64,000 nucleotides of DNA, taken from the NCBI GenBank assembly GCA_016187745.1, contig JACPJC010000005.1:214668-278667 (forward strand), read 5' to 3'. The notes under the pieces were generated by a model. That model saw only the letters and a list, made by a program, of their open reading frames with translations. It had not been told where the DNA came from and did not search any database. The translations under genes and the position numbers were made by a program. The DNA is from Candidatus Iainarchaeum sp. (GTDB lineage Archaea; Iainarchaeota; Iainarchaeia; Iainarchaeales; JAXPJC01). Positions 56,705 to 64,000 of the stretch are shown here, in pieces; positions within the stretch are counted from its first letter, which is position 1; each line of letters starts with the position of its first letter.

Positions 56705-59700
56705 GTGGACATAAAGGAAAAGTTGCTTTCATACTGGGCTGCCTTCATCGCGCTATTGAAAAAAGGCTATTTCGCGCTGGAAGACAGGTACTATGCGGCT
56801 CTTGACTGGCTGAACCAGTACATCCCTGTTTACAAGGTCATTGACCCCATAGACAGGCATTTCCCGAGCTTCATTTTATTCATTATCATAATGATAGGCC
56901 TGGTTGCAGGAATACTGATGATGTTCCTGTTCCCGCCTTCACTGCAATCCTATAACGCAACGCTTGTTGTTATTGACGCGGACTCCAAGGATACCCTCCC
57001 CGGGCTTGATGTGTTTTTCAGCTATCTGGACAAGAACGCAAGCGCGAAAACCGGCAAGTTCGGAGAAATAAAACTGGAAAACCTCATGGGAACAGTAAGC
57101 GTGAATGTAAAAGTAGGGAGGACAAAGATATATGGGGAGCTTGAGAAGACAATTGTTGTTAGCGATTCAGGGCCCTATTACCTTGCATTGATGGGCGGGG
57201 GCGCAACTTTCAAGATTGTAAAAACAATCGTTGTGAAGGACAGGACAACAAACCTTCCGATACAGAATAAAAAAATGAGCATTGAATTCTCCTGCTCATT
57301 GGCCGGAATTTCAAAATGGACCAAGAGTGCGGGCACGCCTGAGTATGAAGAGGCTGTTCCAATAAACTGCGGCACAATGCGCGCGGGAGTTTCAGTTCCG
57401 GGCTATGAGTTCCAGGAAAAGGACCTTGTGGGCGAAAAGACGAATTTCCTCCTCAATCCGACAGGCGATAGGGACGATGAAAAGGGGACAATCGTTGTTT
57501 ATGTGAAGTCAGCTGAAGATGAAAGCCCGCTCCCGGAAATGGGCATTTACCTTTACGGCGCGGATGGCACGCAGAAGAACGTCGGGATTTCCGACGAGTC
57601 AGGCAGCTATGTGTTTGAGGTAAATCCGGGAAAATATCATGCGAGCGCCATGGACTCAACAGGGGCGTATGCGCCTGCTGAAAGCGCAATAAAGCAGGTG
57701 AACTCGAACGATGTCGTGCAGATTAATCTCATTATGATTCCTGTCGCGGATGCGAACAGGATAAAGCTGCTTGCAAGGCTTGTTGATTCCGGCACAAATG
57801 AGGCGGTAAGCGATGCGGAATTCAAGCTTTTCGTTGACAATGCCGAAATCAAATCCTATACCTCAGACGCAAACGGATTTGTTGTTGTGCGCGGGATTGA
57901 AGAGGGCCATGAATTCTCTGCAGTAATAACCCATCCGGATTATGTTACGCAGATTGCCGAGTCAATAGACCCCATAAAGGAAACTGAGAACAATGCAACA
58001 GTAATTCAATTAGAGCGCGCTTACAGGCCCGCGTGCGGCAATGGGATTATTGAACTCGGGGAGAGCTGCGATTCCGGGGAATTGAATGACATGACCTGCC
58101 AAACATTCGGCTTCCCCTCCGGAAATCTCAAATGCTCATCCACCTGTCAACTGGACACTTCAGAATGCGTTGCCCAGCCCTCCTGCGGAAACGGGATAAT
58201 TGACCTGGGCGAAACCTGCGACACCAAAGGCCCTAACTTTGACAACAAGACCTGCAGCAGCTTTGATGATTTTTCCGGCGGAACACTATCATGCTCATCC
58301 TCCTGCCAGGTAAGCACAGCGAACTGCACCCATACCCCTGTAGTATATGGCGACGGGGTAATAGGCCCCGGCGAGGTATGCGATTCAGACAATCTTGATG
58401 GAAAAACATGCAGCACATTCGGATTGTCAGGCGACGGGCTAAGCTGCGTAGCACCGGGCTACTTTGACACATCAGGCTGCACAGGCCCTGCGGGAATCTG
58501 CAATGACTCTGTAATAAATCCCGGGGAAAGCTGCGATGGAACAAACCTTGCGAACCTCACATGCCTGAGCATAGATTCCTTCACTTCAGGCACCTTAGGC
58601 TGCACATCAGGCTGCAATCTCGACTCAACCAACTGCGGCTATGAAAACGGCTTCTGCGGCGATGGCGCTGTAGGAACCGGAGAAACCTGCGACATATTGG
58701 GGCCGAACCTTGACGGAAAGGCCTGCAATGACTTTGATGATTTCCTTGAGGACGAAGGCGCACTGCAATGCAGGAGCAGCTGCACTATAGATACCTCAGG
58801 ATGCGTTGCGCCCCCGACATGCGGCAACGGGCTGATAGACCCCGGAGAAAGCTGCGACGGGAGCAATCTCGCAAACCTCACATGCGGGGATATAGATTCC
58901 TTCGATCCTGGCACATTAAGCTGCACTGACACATGCACAATTGATACGAGCTCATGCCCCTGCACAGTCCCCGGGGAATGCCCAAATGTCGGTTCTGCAA
59001 TAATAAGCGTTTCTGATGAAAGCGCAGAGCCTGTGGAAGGCGCGGAAGCGCACTTATACAAAACAACCAGCCCCGGGCTTGATCTTGGCAGAAAATTCAC
59101 CGGCTCGGATGGAAAAACAGCAGAATATGAAAATCTTGGTGCGGGAGAATACTTTGCAACAGCCTCAAACAATACCGGGAGCGGAACTTCCCCGGAAAAG
59201 GACCTTATCCTGAACCAAACAATTGAGCTGCCTGTTGCTCTCACGCTTGGAGAATCTGCAATTGAGGTTTATGTTTCGGATTCAGAAGGAACCGCAATAG
59301 GCGGCGCGCAGGTTAATTTTTATGAGGAGAGCGACGGAAGGCAGATAGGGAGCACAACAACAGACGCTTCAGGAAAGGCGGAAAAAAGCCTGAGGGTAGA
59401 CCTCAACCCCTACATTGTTGTTTCCGCCACCGGTTATTTGCAATATACAACAACATCAATTGCGCTTGTGAAGGACAATATTGCAAAAATTTATGTGACG
59501 CTCTATGAAAATGTTGATGTTGAAAATGAGCTTGACATTGAAATTGCGGGAGTGTATGATGCTTTGGTGAATGGAAGGGAAGTCAATCAGCTGGCTTCCG
59601 GGAGGGGATATTACTTCAGGTTCAATGTGATTGTTCCGAACAATGCGGCATACGGTGATGTAATTGCGCATTTGCGCACAGATTTGGACAGCATACTCAA

Positions 59701-62700
59701 TGCAAGTTCTGCGGACATGAAATTCTGGATCAAGGCAATTTCAGTCAGCGGCGCAAGTGCAATAAAATCCGCAACATTTGACCCGAATGACCCGTACTCA
59801 AACCAGAACGAAGTTGAAACTGACGCAAAGCAGGCAAACATCTCCTTCGGGGATTTGGATGCAGGGGTTTATGAGCTCTATGCGCAGGCCTACATAAAAT
59901 CAGGCCTTCCCGACGGCACGCTCATTGAGCTGCACTATTCCGCAAAATCAGATGAATTTTCAACAAACTCATTTACTGAGCAATATCACATTGGAGACCC
60001 GTTCTGCACCGGCTGCACATTCGCATATGCGTTTTCCCTTGACGGAAGCTCAATTGACCCGAATGCAACTACAGAGCTGCTGCAGGATATTGATTATGAA
60101 CTGGGCTACGAAATCTACAATGCAGGCGATGTTGATTATAATAATGTAACGGCAGGATTTTCCGACAGCGCAAATGCGCTCATCCTCGACCCAACAAGCT
60201 CATCACTCGGCAGCATTGATTCCAAGGCAACAGTTTCCGATTCACTTTCAATGGAAGCAAGGGCGGAAGTTGCGCTTACGCAACTGCTCCTGCAGTTAAG
60301 CCCTAATGCAAAAGACAACAATGCTACAGCAAATTTCAAGGTGCTTGCAAAGAATCCCATGGTGATTTCCGCATCCCCGCAGTATTTGTATCCGAGGATC
60401 CGCAATATCCTCAAGCTTGCGGTTTCTGATGGTTCAGGGCATGCGATTGAGGGCGCGCTTTTGAAATTAAGCCTTGATTCGGATTTCACTGGCATACTTG
60501 CCTCCGGGGACACTGCGGCTGATGGCACAAAGCGCTTCAATATCGACGCGCTGGAGCCAGATACAATAATTTACATAAGCGCCGAAAAGCCGAATTACAT
60601 TGCGGAATATGCGGAAGTGGAAGTGAAGGATGCTTATTACCCCCCCGCAGGCGCGGATTTCTCCTGCCTTGAAATTGAGGATGTTGATGGAACTGACATA
60701 GGCAATGACGGGCTGCCTGATGTGAACATACTGAAGGGCTGGCACTCAACATTCAAAATAAACTCATTGGAATGTTCGGAAGATTCCTCAATAACGCTTT
60801 CCTCCGAGCTCTCGCTTTCAAGCGACGCTTCCAGCTGCTCAAACCCCTCAACCTCCCTGAGCGTTGACCTGCAAACAACGGATTCAAAGACCCTGTGCGT
60901 CCTTGCCAACAAATACCAGGGGGAATATCCTGTTTATGTCAATGCGCAGTTCGCAAGCAGCACTGAATCCTCGCGCATTGCAGAGCTTACAGTTTATGCC
61001 TATGACACAAGCTCCTGCTTCTGGATTGACAAGACCGCATTTGATGTTTTCAATAATGTAGATTCAGGAACAATAAGCAACAAGTGCTATTCCTATGTTG
61101 AAGATTCCAATTACCCCTATCTGATTTCAGATACTGAAGCAGTTGCATTCCCGCTTACAACAGAACCAATAAATGAGGAAATCCTGATGCTTGAGAACTT
61201 CAAGGGACTGGAGCTTACAAAAGATGCAAACAGTGTAGACTTTAATATAAGCGTTACAGGGAAAGCAAGCGTTGAACTGAAGCAGGCGGATATTTACATG
61301 CAGTCAGGCGCTATACAAGAGATTCCTGGCGCTATACAAAAGACTCAAATATTGTTCTGCCCGGAATCAGGGCATTCCACTGAGTGGGGCGACCAGGATT
61401 ATTTGGTTAAAGACGAGCTGGTTGAAAACAACAATTTATATTGCCTGATATGGGATAATGAAGACAGCACAAGCCCGACCTTGCTGCATGTTATGGAGCC
61501 GGGCTTTGCCTATATTTTTGATCCCCAATATGGGGGGGAGCCCGAATACACATTTGACAATTATCCAATTGTTGGGCAGCTCTGCGAAGCCATTGCAGCA
61601 ACAAGCACCATGCCTCAATCAGGAACCGCGGAATGGGATACGGAAACAGGAATAATTACCTCTCTGACAAGCCCAGATGATGTTTCAGGAACACAGCAGG
61701 GCTGCCTCGATGCTTTGCATTACAGCGAAAATGCGGATGCTTATGAAGAAACCCGGGGGCGGGATGAAGTTACTGTGGCAGGCAAACATGCCCTTTCAGT
61801 CCAGACCTCCCAGAATATCTGGAACTCAATTACCGCGCAGTACTATCCTGATTATTACCCGACAGTTGATGCGAACGGCTGGGTTGAGAATTATGGCACA
61901 GCAGGCAGAAACCAAACACTCTTCTGCCCGACAAATTCAGAATATAATATTAGCCCCGGGGAAGGGGCATATTATGTTGAGAGTGAAATTATAGAAGGGG
62001 ATAATTTATACTGCACAGTATGGAGCGCCCCGGACCATGGGCATATGAAAATACTGCACGTTACTGCGGAGGGAGAAGGCAAATTCTTTGATGTGGAGCA
62101 TGTTTCACAGGAAACAAACTTTACCGCATACAATACTGTAGATGAGCTCTGTGATGTAATTAACTACGCAGACACCAGAGACGAGTTCGGTACAATGTCA
62201 TGGGATTCGGAAGGCCAGATAACGGGCATGACTTTTGGCTCGGATGAAGAGGTAACAACAGTTGAGCGCTGCAAGGAAGGGATAGATTACGGCAGCGCAA
62301 GCGCATTTGGAGACGCACTATCAGAAGCGGCATGGCAGGCTTTGTCGCAGATTTGCGGAGTTCAGCCTACGGAAACCAGTTCCCAGCAAACAATATCCGG
62401 GGAAACGACATGCAAGTCAACACAAAAAACAACTGTAGCTGGGCCAGTATCACCACTCGCTTGGGCTATTGCGGGTGGTTATTCTTGCGGCATGGCTAAT
62501 GTGTTCGGAAATGATGGCCAATGTTCTGAAGGATATACATATGAAGGTTATGCGGGCGAAATCACATCGGATGAGCAATATATATGCGTTCGTACCTGCG
62601 CAAAAACATACACTACATCCTGTGATGCGAGCTGCAATTCCGGCGATGAGCAGGTTTCCTCAACATGCGCAACAACTACAGCAACAGAATCAACTAAACT

Positions 62701-64000
62701 ATCCCCTGAGGAAATAGCACAGGCGCAGGAAGCATGCGATGCATATGCAGGATTGGGCGCGGATGCAAAGGCGGATAAAATGAGGATTGAGGTTGATGTG
62801 CCTGATGCTAATTCAAATCCAAAGCTGGATCTTGCAAAATGGACCTACATAAGGACAAAGCCGAATGCGCCGGAAATAACATTTGATGTTGAGAATGTTT
62901 CGCTTGACGGGACGCAGTATGCGGTCATTACGGTAAGGGATTACACAACAGATGCGCCGCAGCCGGAAATGCAGGACATCGCCTTGAATTGGGCGGTCAG
63001 TGGAATGGTTAATGAAACCTCAGAGCAGCAAGTTCCGGTAACAGAAACAGGCGCATTCACAATCCAAAACCCGGAAGTCGGGAGGGTTTATGAGGTCGGA
63101 ACATACGCCCTGGAGGCAGCGCCTGAGGTATCAGACTGGAAGTGGCTTTTGCGCATTGAGGGCGATGAAGCCTTTGTTGTTGATGCCACTGACACTTTCA
63201 TAGTAAATCCAGATGGCGCATGGGTCCACTTAAGCAGTTCAGGCAACTGGCCATATGGGATAGTAACAGGCCTGCCTGCGGAAAATGCGCCCGTATCAAA
63301 CTCAGGCACATTCACATTTGAAAACCCCTATCCTCTGCCGTCGCAAACAGCTGAAATTGCAGTTGAAGCCCTGGGCCTGCCCGGCAGCCTGCCAAATTGC
63401 ATAGGGACTTCAGGGGATAATTGCGGCGGCAACATAAACATACGCAGTTTCGGGTCCTATCAAATCATGAATTACACTGATGAAGAATTCAATATTCATT
63501 TTTTTGATAGCGGCGATGATGGCAGGGCAGTATTCTTCGCGGGCATAAAATACAAGAGCTATCTGCCTGCGGAATATTCAGTAAGCGATGACTCCGACCT
63601 GGTTGAAGTGTTCATTGACCCGAGCTCCAAGAAGGTTTATGCGAAGGTTCTTGGAACCCCCGCGCCAACAACTTTAAGAGAGGAGAAATTCCACGTCAAA
63701 TTGCAGAGCGGCTACGCAAACTTGTGCTACGGGCGCGATGATGTTCCCGGGAATTTCGGAAGCGAGAAGGTTCCTAAAGTGAAGTTTGACTGGGACTGGA
63801 GCAATATTGCAATTGATGCCTGCGACCCAAGCAGCATAAATGCGGTTTACTGCGATGCCACTCAATTCAGCGTTTCACTGATGAAGCGCATTGAAATGAT
63901 TGACAATCTGATGAACGTTGACAACAACTATAATGGCGCGGAGCAATACAAGCATTTCAGCGCATATCTCATGAAGGATGGCTACTCCGAAGACTTCCAG
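56705..64000 (+). CDS. Giant membrane-anchored surface protein, at least 2,430 aa, 3'-truncated by the window edge
   Basis: GTG start, VDIKEKLL...EDRYYAALDWL...VIDPID..FPSF then TM; carboxypeptidase-regulatory-like beta domains; same frame at spot checks through ...AYLMKDGYSEDFQ. Absent from the ORF track, consistent with no stop in the window. Confidence 0.85.
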   Translation, partial: MDIKEKLLSYWAAFIALLKKGYFALEDRYYAALDWLNQYIPVYKVIDPIDRHFPSFILFIIIMIGLVAGILMMFLFPPSLQSYNATLVVIDADSKDTLPGLDVFFSYLDKNASAKTGKFGEIKLENLMGTVSVNVKVGRTKIYGELEKTIVVSDSGPYYLALMGGGATFKIVKTIVVKDRTTNLPIQNKKMSIEFSCSLAGISKWTKSAGTPEYEEAVPINCGTMRAGVSVPGYEFQEKDLVGEKTNFLLNPTGDRDDEKGTIVVYVKSAEDESPLPEMGIYLYGADGTQKNVGISDESGSYVFEVNPGKYHASAMDSTGAYAPAESAIKQVNSNDVVQINLIMIPVADANRIKLLARLVDSGTNEAVSDAEFKLFVDNAEIKSYTSDANGFVVVRGIEEGHEFSAVITHPDYVTQIAESIDPIKETENNATVIQLERAYRPACGNGIIELGESCDSGELNDMTCQTFGFPSGNLKCSSTCQLDTSECVAQPSCGNGIIDLGETCDTKGPNFDNKTCSSFDDFSGGTLSCSSSCQVSTANCTHTPVVYGDGVIGPGEVCDSDNLDGKTCSTFGLSGDGLSCVAPGYFDTSGCTGPAGICNDSVINPGESCDGTNLANLTCLSIDSFTSGTLGCTSGCNLDSTNCGYENGFCGDGAVGTGETCDILGPNLDGKACNDFDDFLEDEGALQCRSSCTIDTSGCVAPPTCGNGLIDPGESCDGSNLANLTCGDIDSFDPGTLSCTDTCTIDTSSCPCTVPGECPNVGSAIISVSDESAEPVEGAEAHLYKTTSPGLDLGRKFTGSDGKTAEYENLGAGEYFATASNNTGSGTSPEKDLILNQTIELPVALTLGESAIEVYVSDSEGTAIGGAQVNFYEESDGRQIGSTTTDASGKAEKSLRVDLNPYIVVSATGYLQYTTTSIALVKDNIAKIYVTLYENVDVENELDIEIAGVYDALVNGREVNQLASGRGYYFRFNVIVPNNAAYGDVIAHLRTDLDSILNASSADMKFWIKAISVSGASAIKSATFDPNDPYSNQNEVETDAKQANISFGDLDAGVYELYAQAYIKSGLPDGTLIELHYSAKSDEFSTNSFTEQYHIGDPFCTGCTFAYAFSLDGSSIDPNATTELLQDIDYELGYEIYNAGDVDYNNVTAGFSDSANALILDPTSSSLGSIDSKATVSDSLSMEARAEVALTQLLLQLSPNAKDNNATANFKVLAKNPMVISASPQYLYPRIRNILKLAVSDGSGHAIEGALLKLSLDSDFTGILASGDTAADGTKRFNIDALEPDTIIYISAEKPNYIAEYAEVEVKDAYYPPAGADFSCLEIEDVDGTDIGNDGLPDVNILKGWHSTFKINSLECSEDSSITLSSELSLSSDASSCSNPSTSLSVDLQTTDSKTLCVLANKYQGEYPVYVNAQFASSTESSRIAELTVYAYDTSSCFWIDKTAFDVFNNVDSGTISNKCYSYVEDSNYPYLISDTEAVAFPLTTEPINEEILMLENFKGLELTKDANSVDFNISVTGKASVELKQADIYMQSGAIQEIPGAIQKTQILFCPESGHSTEWGDQDYLVKDELVENNNLYCLIWDNEDSTSPTLLHVMEPGFAYIFDPQYGGEPEYTFDNYPIVGQLCEAIAATSTMPQSGTAEWDTETGIITSLTSPDDVSGTQQGCLDALHYSENADAYEETRGRDEVTVAGKHALSVQTSQNIWNSITAQYYPDYYPTVDANGWVENYGTAGRNQTLFCPTNSEYNISPGEGAYYVESEIIEGDNLYCTVWSAPDHGHMKILHVTAEGEGKFFDVEHVSQETNFTAYNTVDELCDVINYADTRDEFGTMSWDSEGQITGMTFGSDEEVTTVERCKEGIDYGSASAFGDALSEAAWQALSQICGVQPTETSSQQTISGETTCKSTQKTTVAGPVSPLAWAIAGGYSCGMANVFGNDGQCSEGYTYEGYAGEITSDEQYICVRTCAKTYTTSCDASCNSGDEQVSSTCATTTATESTKLSPEEIAQAQEACDAYAGLGADAKADKMRIEVDVPDANSNPKLDLAKWTYIRTKPNAPEITFDVENVSLDGTQYAVITVRDYTTDAPQPEMQDIALNWAVSGMVNETSEQQVPVTETGAFTIQNPEVGRVYEVGTYALEAAPEVSDWKWLLRIEGDEAFVVDATDTFIVNPDGAWVHLSSSGNWPYGIVTGLPAENAPVSNSGTFTFENPYPLPSQTAEIAVEALGLPGSLPNCIGTSGDNCGGNINIRSFGSYQIMNYTDEEFNIHFFDSGDDGRAVFFAGIKYKSYLPAEYSVSDDSDLVEVFIDPSSKKVYAKVLGTPAPTTLREEKFHVKLQSGYANLCYGRDDVPGNFGSEKVPKVKFDWDWSNIAIDACDPSSINAVYCDATQFSVSLMKRIEMIDNLMNVDNNYNGAEQYKHFSAYLMKDGYSEDFQ
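58034..58958 (+). repeat. Six ~50-aa Cys-rich repeats (CGNGxIxxGExCD...TC...G.L.C...C..D.S.C)
   Basis: Manual translation; resembles myxobacterial cysteine-rich repeats. Confidence 0.85.

Noticed and set aside
57178-63865. Many short ORFs listed in the track
   Set aside because: All overlap the single giant plus-strand reading frame

Overview
Archaeal DNA, most consistent with a DPANN lineage such as Ca. Diapherotrites/Iainarchaeota. The evidence is prefoldin, Nop5-fibrillarin, NMD3, archaeal GlyRS, a BHB-intron tRNA and a giant membrane-anchored surface protein. A housekeeping backbone (about 1-17 kb and 41.5-64 kb) flanks a mosaic, largely AT-rich accessory region (about 18-41.5 kb). In that region, one palindromic operator plus TATA element (TAAACC-N4-RGTTGA-N7-TCAACC-N5-TATATTAAT) occurs four times. 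Each copy heads a different module: (1) short wHTH, small ORF, SPASM radical SAM, extra-looking SerRS, converging on an Adk/NTase/AcpS/FkbH/ACP/LeuA-like operon; (2) short wHTH, radical SAM-methyltransferase fusion, B3/4 tRNA-editing protein, MazG-like; (3) secreted Cys/Trp-rich protein and membrane protein; (4) HTH, Cys-rich mini-protein and a putative toxin-antitoxin pair. One operator copy sits in the divergent promoter of a tandem array of five paralogous wHTH-sensor regulators, next to a KaiC-V4R-terpene-synthase-like operon. Other notable items are an IscU interrupted by a LAGLIDADG intein at an Fe-S ligand cysteine, two TnpB-only IS200/IS605 elements with shared ends and reconstructable insertion sites, a two-copy ~100-bp inverted-repeat element, and an LRR gene flanked by a duplicated gene end. 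No CRISPR array, integrase or reverse transcriptase was seen. Product calls come from motif recognition only; no database search was run.
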